A stretch of 63,744 nt of DNA, filler included, from Octopus bimaculoides (taxonomy: Eukaryota): NCBI RefSeq assembly GCF_001194135.2. It is 7 parts of 6 records of this genome, joined end to end, with 100 filler letters (N's around TTAATTAATTAA, not from the genome) between each part and the next. Parts side by side here need not be neighbours in the genome. Positions count along the whole stretch, not along the records: positions 6,975 to 28,993 come from NC_068996.1; 6 more parts are not named here. The stretch is one strand, 5' to 3'. The notes below the pieces were generated by a model. That model saw nothing but the letters and a program-made list of their open reading frames with translations. It had not been told where the DNA came from and ran no database searches. A program made the translations under genes and the position numbers. Numbering within the stretch: position 1 is the first letter of the stretch; each line of letters opens with the position of its first letter. Below, one piece after another: positions 12,961 to 25,539 of this stretch.

Positions 12961-13029
12961 ACACGCACACTCATGCACGCACACACACAGGTGTATGTTG
13001 TGTTTTGGGCCTCACAGAAACAAAGAAAG

Positions 13030-13506
13030 GAGACCGGGACCTTTGGAGATATGCTGTGATTGAGAAGACCCAGAAATTAAAGTGAAATGGCAGCCACACA
13101 TGTCCAGCCCTGTTAAAAATACTCCCAGTGCATTGGGTGATATGATATGCTTGAGAAGATCTGTTGAGTCAAGTAAAGCTGGTGTCTCCTGACTGGCTCC
13201 CGTGCTGATGGCATGTAAAAAGCACCATCTGAATGTTGTCAATGCCAGATCCACTTCACTGGTTCCTGTGCCAGTGACACATAAAAAGCACCAACCGATC
13301 GTGATCAATGCCAGGCCTGCCTTATTCGCTTCTGTGCCAGTGGCATGTAAAAAGCACCCATTATACTCTTGGAGTGGTTGGCATTAGGAAGGGCATCCAG
13401 CTGTAGAAACTCTGCCAGACCAGACTGGAACCTGGGGCAGCTGCTGGTCCTCCAGACCTCAGTCAAACCATTCAACACATGCCAACATGGAAAACAGATG
13501 TTAATC

Positions 13507-13560
<54 letters not shown>
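13030..13560 (+). mobile_element. RTE-type LINE 3' end ending in a long (GAT)n
   Basis: Same 3' UTR as 10870-11340; the tail runs into a pure GAT array at about 13507-13560. Confidence 0.75.
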
Positions 13561-13565
13561 ATATA

Positions 13566-13898
13566 AAGTTAGACACATCAATATCTAAAGTATATTAAAT
13601 TCATGAAATACAAAAAAATGTATATATGTTTACATACAACAAGTTCAAAAACCTCTCAAATATAAGATCTCTTCCCTAAAGATGGAGGTTCATCTCATCT
13701 TATGATGGACTCAATCTACAAACATTATTTTGGACTGCTGAACCCCCAGAAACAGCTGTTGATTTGTAATTCTTTTCTTCAAACTCTTTAATTCTCTATA
13801 TCATATGTGTTCAGTTAAAGACCTTTTGTATGTAAACATATATACTTTTTTTGTATTTCATGTATTTAATATACTTTAGATATTGATCTGTCTAACTT
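13566..13898. repeat. Fold-back element 1 (about 74-bp inverted arms)
   Basis: 13566-13639 is a near-perfect reverse complement of 13826-13898. The spacer contains CCAGAAACAGCTGTTGAT. Confidence 0.85.
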
Positions 13899-14137
13899 GC
13901 TTATCCCTACATTTACTTCTACACTCGCTCAAGTTTAAATGTCTTGAGTGCTACTAAGTGTATTCTATATGGAAAATATCTGATTCTCTTCTATGAACTA
14001 TATNNNNNNNNNNNNNNNNNNNNNNNNNNNNNNNNNNNNNNNNNNNNNNNNNNNNNNNNNNNNNNNNNNNNNNNNNNNNNNNNNNNNNNNNNNNNNNNNN
14101 NNNNNNNNNNNNNNNNNNNNNNNNNNNNNNNNNNNNN

Positions 14138-14204
<67 letters not shown>

Positions 14205-14379
14205 CATATATGTATATAAACTTCAACTTGAACTGTGATTAAAACAAAGTGGTGTTGTTGTGCCTAACAATGAATGACTATAAGTGGCTTATCATTGAGC
14301 AGGTACATATAGAGAAGAAAGGAAGAATGAACAGGCAAACAACTGGTATCAGTTTAGAGAAAGGAATTTATATATTTAA

Positions 14380-14591
14380 CCCTTTAGCATTTAAGCCAGC
14401 CATATTTGGCCAAAATATTCTACAAGCTCTATGTTCAAATCAGTCAGGTCTACTCTCACACCAACCCTACAATATCATTCTAAAGAATTAACAGTAACCT
14501 TACCAAAAGCTACAAAATAATGTATGATTAATTCAAAATAATATGAATAAATAAGGATTACTTTTGACAAAATAATGTGAATGTTAAAGGG
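14380..14591 (+). mobile_element. piggyBac-like MITE
   Basis: TTAA|CCCTTTAGCATT ... AATGTTAAAGGG; right TTAA degenerate. Same family as 23301-23517. Confidence 0.65.
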
Positions 14592-14599
14592 CGAAACAT

Positions 14600-15990
14600 A
14601 ATTGCTGAGTTGCTAGAATAGAGTTGTTAGAATAGAGTGTATTGTGAAAAATAAGAGTGTAAAGAGGTGTGCAGATAGTCTCTTACAAGCTGTCTTCAGA
14701 AGAGCTGCACATATGGTGCATTTCTGAATGAATGAAGATAAGCTACCTATGTTATAGCAGACTATACATTCTTCAGAGAGAAAAATGAAGTAAATCTTGA
14801 GTTGAGAATTATAGTTGTGAACAGTTTCATTGTTGAAGAGAGATTGAGGTTGATCATTCACGGAAAGCTTGTGCAAGGTATAAAGGAAAATAGAAAGGAA
14901 AGGTAGAGTCACAAATGTTTGAAGATAGATAGGGACTAATTCACATAGCAAGTAATAGACAGATATATTTTAAGAGTTTGAAGAAAATATATATAAAGGA
15001 ATAGGGGAAATGCTGAAAGGATTAGGGTAAGGGAGGTTCATTGGTGAAGTATGACAACGACCAGATGTATTACAGCAGCAACAAAAACAATATTTAAAAT
15101 GGCAATGTCCAACGTGGTAAGTGTGTTAGAATTATCAGACAGCTAGTAGGTGAGTTGGGGGTTCAGGTAGGTTTTTAAGGGCTGCAAACAAGATAGAAAA
15201 AATTGCCTGAGATAGCAGCTTGGCATTGTGATTCAAGCAGTATATGTGGGAAGGAAGGGGTTATTTTAAGTATAAGGAGGAGAAGCTGCAGGGTAAAGAA
15301 GCAAATTGAGTAAAGGTTAAGAACCAACAAGCTTTTAAATGGTTCTAACAATAAAGAAATAGTATTTAAATTGTAAGTTCAGTGAAATTGAAGAATATAT
15401 TACGTTGTTGCTAGATTAAAATAAGGTGATGTGTAACAGATTAAAACAAAATAAAATACGTGAAATAAAGTAAATATATTAATTTAATTTGAATACGTAA
15501 TATTTAAATTGTGTGTTGCGTGAAGAATGAAAATGTATTAAGTAGTTGCAAGGTAAATTAATAAAGTGATGAAAAACAAGTTAAAACAAATAAAATAAAA
15601 TAAATATATTAAGTTAACAAATCAATTATGTGTATGCAGTATGTCTACTTTGTGCAACTAAGAATAGTGTGTGAGAGAATAATGTAAAGGGATTTATATT
15701 ACAGCATTTAAATTTGAGGTAAAAGTGAAAGATCTTAAATAATTTATGAAAACTGGTGGAGAATATTTCATGTTGCTTGTTTAATAATTGTGTTGGGTTA
15801 TGCAATAGTATTTGTATAGATTATTTCAAGCCTAACCAGCATGGAGCATTTGGGCACTGTTTGTAGAGCCAATATCAATGATAGTCCAAGTTATATCGTG
15901 TGGCATATTTTTTCTGAAAGTTATGCATGTGGTCAGCTAGTGAGGTAGACTTATTGTGTTTATCAGATTTAAAAAGAGTTCAGTTAGGCT
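14600..15990 (-). mobile_element. Highly degenerate Penelope-like remnant (tentative)
   Basis: Only weak by-eye motif echoes on the minus strand (for example SVYYLLCELVPIYLQT versus the GIY-YIG pattern VY.I.C..C...YIG.T); many stops. Confidence 0.3.
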
Positions 15991-16000
15991 AAATATTAAC

Positions 16001-16402
16001 AGGAGCAGGTGTGGCTGTGTGGTAAGTAGCTTGCTTACCAACCACATGATCCCGGGTTCAGTCCCACAGCATGGCACCTTGGGCAAGTGTCTTCTACTAT
16101 AGCTTTGGACTGACCAAAGCCTTGTGAGTGGATTTGGTAGACGGAAACTAGAAGAAGCCCATCATATATGTATATATATGTATATTTATGTGTGTGTATG
16201 TGCTTGTGTATCTGTTTGTCCCCCCAACATCGCTTGACAGCCAATGCTGATGTGTTTACAAGCCCATAACTTAGTGGTTCGGTAAAAGAGACCAATAGAA
16301 TAAGTACTATTCTTACAAAGAATAAGCTCTGGGGTCGATTTGCTCGACTAAAAGTGGTACTCCAGCATGGCCGGAGTCAAATGACTGAAACAAGTAAAAG
16401 AA
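16001..16402 (+). mobile_element. SINE family A, full length
   Basis: GGAGCAGGTGTGGCTGTGTGGTAAG...GGGTTCAGTCCC...GACTGAAACAAGTAAAAGA. Confidence 0.9.
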
Positions 16403-16771
16403 TAAACCAATTGATTCCAACTGTAACTTCAAAATACATGCTAACTGTCCATTGCAATCCAACTGCAAATAATTCATTGTCATTTTTAAGAGTACTGTCT
16501 TTAACAAACAGAAAAAAATATATTGGAACAACCATCAACAAAAGCTCATACTCAGCCCATTTATGTGTATGTGTGTGTGTGTGTGTGTGTTTTAGAGTTT
16601 GTGTTCATCCGCAATCAACCCTTGACAATCAATGTTGTTTTGTTTACATCCCTGTAACCTATATATGTATATATATTTACATACACACATATATACACAT
16701 ACATTATATATATATTTATATATGTATGTATATATATTTACATACACANNNNNNNNNNGCATGTGTGTGTC

Positions 16772-16819
<48 letters not shown>

Positions 16820-16996
16820 CACTTGTATACATGTACATGGGCACATATACAAACACATGTGTACAAACATAAGTATAAATTTTGTTTCTGTTTTACTCTA
16901 TTTTATTCTATTAACATAAATTTTCTTTTTCTTTTACTTTCTTTTATTCATTATATTATTTTACCCATATATAATATAACCCATCATTCATGATTA

Positions 16997-17181
<185 letters not shown>

Positions 17182-17671
17182 GAATTGAAATAAAAGGAAT
17201 ACTTTTAACGCATGTATACACACACACACATATACATACACACATAGTAAATATGTCTGCATATTCTGTGTATTCCAAAAGTAATCCTTATTGTCCTCTG
17301 CAAATCCTGATGATTTTCCATGCAAGGTATTTAAAATGCAAAGTTATATGTTTTGTTATTCTAATTTTGTTTATGAAAGGAAACAATTCTTGGTGAATAT
17401 GTTGATTAATTAATAAATTAATTTGTATCCATTAGGTATCTCTGTTTTCTAACTCGATAAAAATGTCTGATATTTTACAATATTCTATATAATATATTCA
17501 TTGACGAATTATCTCTTCAATATTTAATATATTAAACCAGCGTATCTTGGTTTAAATATCCTCACTGTGACTATATATATATACATTCAAATATATATTT
17601 GAATATTATATATATATATACATGAATATTATATATATAAATATATGTATATATATATATATATATATATG

Positions 17672-17703
<32 letters not shown>

Positions 17704-18321
17704 NNNNNNNNNNNNNNNNNNNNNNNNNNNNNNNNNNNNNNNNNNNNNNNNNNNNNNNNNNNNNNNNNNNNNNNNNNNNNNNNNNNNNNNNNNNNNNNNN
17801 NNNNNNNNNNNNNNNNNNNNNNNNNNNNNNNNNNNNNNNNNNNNNNNNNNNNNNNNNNNNNNNNNNNNNNNNNNNNNNNNNNNNNNNNNNNNNNNNNNNN
17901 NNNNNNNNNNNNNNNNNNNNNNNNNNNNNNNNNNNNNNNNNNNNNNNNNNNNNNNNNNNNNNNNNNNNNNNNNNNNNNNNNNNNNNNNNNNNNNNNNNNN
18001 NNNNNNNNNNNNNNNNNNNNNNNNNNNNNNNNNNNNNNNNNNNNNNNNNNNNNNNNNNNNNNNNNNNNNNNNNNNNNNNNNNNNNNNNNNNNNNNNNNNN
18101 NNNNNNNNNNNNNNNNNNNNNNNNNNNNNNNNNNNNNNNNNNNNNNNNNNNNNNNNNNNNNNNNNNNNNNNNNNNNNNNNNNNNNNNNNNNNNNNNNNNN
18201 NNNNNNNNNNNNNNNNNNNNNNNNNNNNNNNNNNNNNNNNNNNNNNNNNNNNNNNNNNNNNNNNNNNNNNNNNNNNNNNNNNNNNNNNNNNNNNNNNNNN
18301 NNNNNNNNNNNNNNNNNNNNN

Positions 18322-18369
<48 letters not shown>

Positions 18370-18379
18370 CACACACATA

Positions 18380-18545
18380 TATGACGAGCTTCTTTCAGTT
18401 TCTGTCTACCAAATCCAGTCACAAGGCTTTGGTCGGCTTGAGGCTATTAGTATAAGACACTTGCCCAAGATGCTACGCAGTGGGACTGAACCTGGAACCA
18501 TGTAGTCGGGAAGCAAGCTTCTCACCACGCAACCACTCCTGCACC
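18380..18545 (-). mobile_element. SINE family A, 5' half
   Basis: Reverse complement of the SINE head (GGGACTGAACC...CTCACCACGCAACCACTCCTGC). Confidence 0.8.
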
Positions 18546-18568
18546 TATCTATACACAAAAATCTGAAA

Positions 18569-18850
18569 GAACTACTTATAGTTTCATGCAGTAGAGATAC
18601 AATAATTTGGTAGATTTATATAATATGCCATTTGCCTCCAAGCAATATTTCAGGTTCAGTGCAAACTATTAGACCTATTTGTTAATTTGCTTGCATTTTG
18701 TCGAACTTTAGGAGTGTGGAACCTGCATTCTGGTTTTCAAATAGATCTAATGCTATGCACTAAACCTGAAAAATTGCTTGTAGACATATGGTATGTTATA
18801 TAAATCTGCTAAATTATTGGATCTCTACAGCATGAAACTATCAGTAGCTC
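18569..18850. repeat. Fold-back element 2 (about 115-bp inverted arms)
   Basis: GAACTACTTATAGTTTCATGCAGTAGAGATACAATAATTTGG...TCAGGTTCAGTGCA... pairs with ...TGCACTAAACCTGA...AATTATTGGATCTCTACAGCATGAAACTATCAGTAGCTC. Confidence 0.85.
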
Positions 18851-18937
18851 ATTCTATTCTCTGTATATTAAATATTTATCTCTCATTGAATGGAATACTT
18901 TTTTGTTGATCTTGCCTATAACAGAACTGTAAACTAA

Positions 18938-19018
<81 letters not shown>

Positions 19019-19707
19019 TAATAGTTACTGAAAAAGTTGCAAGTAGCGATGAAAGATCTTTGACAAACAAAAACAAAACAAATTAGTTGAATATTTAACC
19101 AATTGACAAATAAGAAAGAAGAGGAGTGGAATTGAACCAGTGTGTGTGTTAATTGTTTAGGCATAATGACTCACTAGACACAACACAATTTGTTTCAACA
19201 CACAAATTCACATACAGAATCTTGCAAACCAGAAACAAAACCAGGTATATANNNNNNNNNNNNNNNNNNNNNNNNNNNNNNNNNNNNNNNNNNNNNNNNN
19301 NNNNNNNNNNNNNNNNNNNNNNNNNNNNNNNNNNNNNNNNNNNNNNNNNNNNNNNNNNNNNNNNNNNNNNNNNNNNNNNNNNNNNNNNNNNNNNNNNNNN
19401 NNNNNNNNNNNNNNNNNNNNNNNNNNNNNNNNNNNNNNNNNNNNNNNNNNNNNNNNNNNNNNNNNNNNNNNNNNNNNNNNNNNNNNNNNNNNNNNNNNNN
19501 NNNNNNNNNNNNNNNNNNNNNNNNNNNNNNNNNNNNNNNNNNNNNNNNNNNNNNNNNNNNNNNNNNNNNNNNNNNNNNNNNNNNNNNNNNNNNNNNNNNN
19601 NNNNNNNNNNNNNNNNNNNNNNNNNNNNNNNNNNNNNNNNNNNNNNNNNNNNNNNNNNNNNNNNNNNNTATGTATATATATGTATATATATAAATATATG
19701 TATATAC

Positions 19708-19740
<33 letters not shown>

Positions 19741-20291
19741 GATATATCTATATATAAGTGTATGTGTGTGTATGCATGTATGTATTTATATATACATCTG
19801 TGTTTGTGTGTGTACACATCTATGCTGATGTATTATATTTGTGTGTATGTGCTAATTTGAATTAATTTTTCTCAGAGACTGTTGAATACAATGCATTTGT
19901 TTGTGCTTCTCTCAGTGTGTGTTTAAACACCTGTGGTTGTGGAAGGGGTGTATATATGTCTTTCTGTGTAGGCGGTATGAGTCTGTTTACTGTTTGTTCT
20001 TGTTAGGACACTGGATATGATCTTAAATATCATACAACACCATATTTAGTTACATATTGCTCTTCTGATCTCTTTTGTTGTAGTTGTTGTGTCTTCACCA
20101 TTATCATCACTATTATCATTTAGCTCCTTGTCAGTTCTGAAAGAGGAAAGTTTTCAACACAATCCTTCCTGTGCTGATCATCCCATCATTTTGCATATTA
20201 TTACACAGAGGTATTATGCCAATAATACTAACTACATGCGTTGGTTCAACATCACTTCTTTACTTTTGGTCATTCCTAAGGTATTTTTCGA

Positions 20292-20328
<37 letters not shown>

Positions 20329-20591
20329 TGCATGGATCACAAATAAAATATCATTATTGTTCTCCTTTATTCAAATCCCCTCCCCACTTTTTTAAAACTC
20401 ACATTTTAGCTATTTCTCTTGTATTTTTTGTCTCCTGAATGTTGCAGAGGGCACTGGCGAATGATTTTGTAATAAATTTGGATTCCCTAATTTCAAAAAA
20501 AAAAGAAAAAAATAAATAGCTGTTGTGTGGATTTCTTTAATGTAAAAAAGAGAGAAAAAAACTCTCAGCCTTATAGCTAAGATCAATATCA

Positions 20592-20649
<58 letters not shown>

Positions 20650-20735
20650 TCGTATAGCATAGTGGTTAAGAGCATGCACTACTAACCCCAAGATTCTGAG
20701 TTTGATTCTAGGCAGTGACCTGCATAATAATAATG

Positions 20736-20790
<55 letters not shown>

Positions 20791-20840
20791 CATCAAAAAA
20801 TACCTTAGGTATGAGAACCCATGTTTGAAATTTCCCCAAG

Positions 20841-20884
20841 ACACCTGATGAAGGCTGGAGGGTATATCAGCCGAAATGTTGTGT
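20841..20884 (+). ncRNA. Penelope-type minimal type I hammerhead ribozyme
   Basis: ACAC CTGATGA A GGCTG gagggtatat CAGCC GAAA TGT T GTGT. Intact core, 5-bp stem II, stem I ACAC/GTGT; stem III ATGT is one transition from the palindrome ACGT. Confidence 0.7.
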
Positions 20885-20996
20885 TAACAGCAAACAAGAT
20901 GAGGACAAATATCCATCAAATGTAAATAATGTAAATAATGTACAATGAGCTTGTCCCACAGAGAACGTTTTCGGTTACTTTTGGGTACCCGCTTCT

Positions 20997-21906
20997 GAGT
21001 AATTAACGGTCGACAACTGAGGAGGGGATAGACTTTTGGTATTTTGTCCCATACTTGTCTCTCGTTATGTGTTTACGTATTTTTCACTCATTGGTGATAT
21101 CCTGTTCTTATTGTATATTTTTTGGTATGTTGTCCTATTCTTATCTGTCATATGTTTACGTAATTTTCACTCATTTATTTATAAATCAACACCACACAGC
21201 CTCGTCCACAGTAAGTTTTTACTTTTATTTATAATTTCTGTGACTCTACTCTCTGTTCCCTTTCTTTCTCTGTATCCCTCTTTAATCCACTTTAGTTTTC
21301 GTTTCTCCCCCTTCTTTGCTGTCCCCTGTCTATCTTTCTTCCACTCACTACTATCATTCATTCCTTCTTCCTTCTCCTCACTCCCTTTGTTTACTTCCTT
21401 CATCCTCTCTCTTGTCTCCCTTCTCCTCTGCCTGATTGCTCCCACTTGACTACAGGCCATTTTTCTCTCACTTCTGTCTTTTCTGGACATGACATGCACT
21501 TAGCTGGATGTCATTTTTCTCGCCTCCTGACATGTTTTTCTCTTTGGCTATTTTCTTCTATTTATTCTATATCCTTTCAAAATTTCTCCCAGATGTTACC
21601 CATTACAATGCATCTTGGCCTAACAGCCCTTAATATTTGTTTGTGTCAATTGTTTACTCTGTACACCCACTCGGTCATTGTTTTCTCACTCAAAGCTCTA
21701 AGATTCCACAAATTTAAAAAATTTCTGGATGCTGCTGTTTTATGGAAGTTTCCTATATTGTTGTTGAAAGCTCGAAATAGGGAGTAATTAACAGTCGACA
21801 ACTGAGGAGGGGTTAGATTTCTTTTGGCATTTTGTCCTGTACTTGTCTCTCATTATGTGTTTACGCATTTTTCACTTGTTGGTGATGTCCTGTACTTGAT
21901 GTATTT
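20997..21906 (+). mobile_element. Element bounded by about 125-bp direct repeats (pLTR-like; probably PLE-derived)
   Basis: 20997-21120 matches 21782-21906 (GAGTAATTAAC.GTCGACAACTGAGGAGGGG...GGTGAT.TCCTGT). A related GTCGACAACTGATGAGGGG is at about 51496-51514. Confidence 0.6.
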
Positions 21907-21920
21907 TATATATATATATA

Positions 21921-22194
21921 TATAAGAGAAATGGAAAATGGAGACATGCACAAGATGTTATTTAAATCATTTATATCACTGACATATGTTTCCATTGATA
22001 TGCTAAAATTATTCCAGGAGACTTATCAAGGAACACTGCTATTCATAATCTCCTCCCTGATGGGATTGATACTTTATTACACATTATTTCTTCTCCTGGA
22101 TTAATTTTAACATATCAATGGAAACATATGTCGGTGATATAAATGATTTAAATAACATCTTGTGCATTTGTCTCCATTTTCCATTTCTCTTATA
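21921..22194. repeat. Fold-back element 3 (about 100-bp near-perfect inverted arms, 70-bp spacer)
   Basis: 21921-22021 is the reverse complement of 22092-22194 with few mismatches. Confidence 0.92.
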
Positions 22195-23300
22195 TTCTCC
22201 AAAACACGTCACTTCTCCTCAGAATTATCACCCATGTAAGTGTGGTTACTAATTTCTTAAATGCTCATGTGACATTTGGCTACCCTGGTAACTATTTCTC
22301 TGGATCTTTCCTTGTAAATTATAATGTATATATAGTGTTTAATGTGCACAGTATATAGTTATGTGCTACTAACAGTTTCACACATAGAAGATATTACCTA
22401 GGCAAGTTTTAAAAGATGCAGTGTCTCCAAGTAATCTCCAGGCGCTGAGCACATGGCCTATACAAGTTACATATTAGAACAATAGAACAATAGAAATCAC
22501 AAGTAAAATGAGATGAAGGCGGGTTCAAAAAGTGGAATGGTGAAAACAACAGAAAAAGAAAGGAAAAGAAAAATGAATTAGAATTATGTCTCTTTTGATT
22601 GTAGAGTCAAAGTTAGATAGTGTAGAATCAACAGAAGTCTGCGATACAGCTGCTCAATTCAGAGAGTGTGGTGTTTGGTTTCTTTACCAAAAGAAACTTG
22701 TCCATAAGTTTGCATTTGCTGAAAATTTCTTATCTGGAATTCAGCAGTGAGGTGGAATTCTTAAATCTAAAAAGGAGATGTGATGTTTCAGCAATGAATA
22801 ACTTGCATTGTTTCTTATCCATTTACGTATAACAGGGATTTTTCTGTGATTTTCCACATGATTGTATGAGGCAGCGAGCTGGTTTTCAAACTCTGTAAGT
22901 GGGTAGCCAACTTAGTGACTATGCTAACCACCTGTCTTCTTTCTGATATGTGGACAAAAGTAAAATGAACTAAAATAAATAACTAGCCTCTTCCAGTTAT
23001 TTATCTTAGCTCATTTTTTTTTTTTCGTTTTACTTCAGCCATATCTGTTTTCTACTCTGTTTTGTACGAGTCTAATTTCTTTGGTTACTGGAGATAATGT
23101 CAAGCTAGAAATACATGCCCACAGCCGTCCTCTAATCTCAAGGCAGTAAGCTTAACGGCATGTTAATTCTGGAGAATTCTTGATTATTGAGATTATCTCT
23201 TCTTCTCAAAAGAAGTTGGTCTTAATTGCCATTTGGTAATTATGATGCATCCTCTAAAGGTGAAGATAGTTTCAATAAATCAGCAATTTTTTGTATTTAA

Positions 23301-23517
23301 CTCTAGCATTCAGATTACTTTATCAAATATTTTGCTTATTTATTCACCTTTTGTTAATTAATCCTGCGTTATGTTGTAGCTTCATAATTTCATATGATGT
23401 GCTTGTTTACTTTTAGAATAACATTGTAGGTTAGGTGTGAGAGGCCAGATCTGGCTGGTCTGAGCTTAAATAGATAGAATATTCTGGCTGGATATGTCTG
23501 GCTTAAATGCTAAAAGG
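23301..23517 (-). mobile_element. piggyBac-like MITE
   Basis: TTAA at 23297-23300 and 23518-23521; ends CTCTAGCATT / AATGCTAAAAGG; reverse complement of the 14380 family. Confidence 0.7.
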
Positions 23518-24381
23518 TTAACATACTGGTATTTGTTTATATTATTCAAATATATGCCACTGGTCACTTTGAGTTACTTTTCTTTGTTCATTTTTCTTTT
23601 TTTTTTTTTTTAGATTATACAAAATTACTTGTGCCATGACTATTTTCAACTCTCAGTCCTGTGACCACTGGGTATAATGTCGTGCAATATAGATCCAGAA
23701 ACATGTAAATGACTATACTCTTATCAGCAGACAATAAACATGTCCTTTACCTTAAATGCATGGCAGTTTTGGAAAGTTCTTGAATCTTGGAATTATCTTC
23801 CAACTTCAGTGGAGCTGTATAAATTGACATTTGGTAGTTAAGATAAATCCTATGGAAGCAGAGATCATTTTAACAAATCAAAAATTTATGGTGTATAGTA
23901 TTTTTTATGCCTGTATTTGCTTATGTTATAAAAATTGTCTAGCCGTATACTTTTTGCCTTTTGGTTAGGGTGTTTCACTCACAATTGTGGGATCAAAATT
24001 TCAATTCCCAAACTGGGCAGTGCATTTCGTTTATGAGAAAAACACATCATTTCACATTGTTTCAATTCCGTCAGCTGTAAACGAGCAAACCTGCAATGGA
24101 TTAGCATACAGGGGTGAGATGGTGACCCAAGAAAATCATTTGATCAGAGGTCTTGTGGAATCATGTTTTTGGATTAAGTGATTGAAAGGTTACCATGAAT
24201 CCTAACTGTTTGGAATGGGTTGTGGATCCATGTTGAAGACCGAATGATCAGCTAAGATTTGAGGAAGATTTGACTACAATTTCCTGGAGGCCAGAACTAC
24301 ATATGATAGTCCTTCTTTATTTCGATTTCAAATGGTATTGGTGGTGGTGGTGATGGTGGTAGTAGTAGTAGCAGTAGTAGC

Positions 24382-24416
<35 letters not shown>

Positions 24417-24782
24417 CAGTAGCAGCAGTAGTAGTAGTAGTAGTAGTAGTAGTTTCGTTGTATTATTGCAGCTAAAGAATGGCATTTAGGTCACAAATGA
24501 GAAGAGGAACCTGGCATTTAATTGAAGTCATAAACATTCGTTATTTGATCCAGCAGTAGTAGAAGCAGCAACAGAAGACAAACAAGAGCTAACTTCAAAT
24601 TATTGGGAGAGAGAGAGAGAGAGAGTTGGCCAGATAGATAGATAAATAAATAGATAGATAGTAAAAGAGAGATAGGTAGACAGATAGACAGAACAATAGA
24701 TATACAGATACATATAGAGAGAGAAAAAGAGGGAGAGAGAAGATTAGTTGATAGAGATAGAGAGAGACAGATAGATAGATTA

Positions 24783-24834
<52 letters not shown>

Positions 24835-24918
24835 GAGAGAACGAAAGAGGGAGAGAGAGAGAAATAGGAGAGAAAGAGAAAAATAGGAGAGAGAGAGAAA
24901 TAGGAGAGAAAGAGAAAA

Positions 24919-24960
<42 letters not shown>

Positions 24961-25139
24961 ATCGAAGTAACAAAGTGGGGGTTGTGGTGATGGTAGTTGT
25001 GGTGGTGGTAGCGATGGTAATGTGATAAGACAGAGATGTTACAAAAGGGCAACAGTAATACGTTTGTTTATTTATCTTGTTTTTCGGAATTATCTCCATG
25101 TTTGCAGCTTGTTTTCTTTGTTTTGGCTTGATTTACTTT

Positions 25140-25290
25140 GGCTGCGTGGTAAGAAGTTTGTTTTTCAAACCACATGGTTCTGGTTCTGGGTTCAGTTCCT
25201 CTGAGTGGCATCTTGCGCTTATGACTTCTACTATAGCCCTCGGTTGCCCAATACCTTGTGAGTGGATCTGGTAGATGGAAAGTGAAAGTA
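25140..25290 (+). mobile_element. SINE family A, 5' half
   Basis: TGGCTGCGTGGTAAGAAGTTTG...GGGTTCAGTTCC...GTGGATCTGGTAGATGGAAA. Confidence 0.75.
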
Positions 25291-25512
25291 TCCTGCTATA
25301 TATGGTGTTTTATGTATATGTGTATGTATCACACACACACTCGCAGACTTCCGCACACGCACAGATATTCATCTCCCTTTTTCACTCTCCTGTCTTAGAA
25401 AGAACTTTTCCCCCACCACCTCCTCTTCCGGTCTTTTCATAATGTAACCTCGTGGGCATCGGTACCATTTTCCTCTTTCTCCGTTCTTCCATTCTCCGAA
25501 CTTTCCATCTTT

Positions 25513-25539
25513 CCGACGAAGGGCTACGCCCGAAACGTC
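25513..25539 (+). ncRNA. Degenerate minimal hammerhead motif
   Basis: CCGACGA A GGGC TAC GCCC GAAA CGT C. U4 is changed to C; stem II and the ACGT stem III are intact; stem I is weak. Confidence 0.55.

Noticed and set aside
20209-20280. Peptide RYYANNTNYMRWFNITSLLLVIPK resembling the ORMDL C-terminus
   Set aside because: The apparent donor lies in a repeat end that recurs inverted at about 20790-20815; no other ORMDL-like exons; probably chance.
20645-20720. tRNA-like sequence
   Set aside because: A/B-box remnants without a pairing acceptor stem; SINE head, not a tRNA gene.
23751-23814. Minus-strand 64-nt candidate exon PLKLEDNSKIQELSKTAMHL
   Set aside because: Splice signals are plausible but there is no recognisable family and no VWC cysteines; expected by chance in AT-rich DNA.
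23960-24090. Minus-strand candidate exon ending at a GTGAGT donor
   Set aside because: Its 3' part is the reverse complement of a decayed tRNA-like SINE head.
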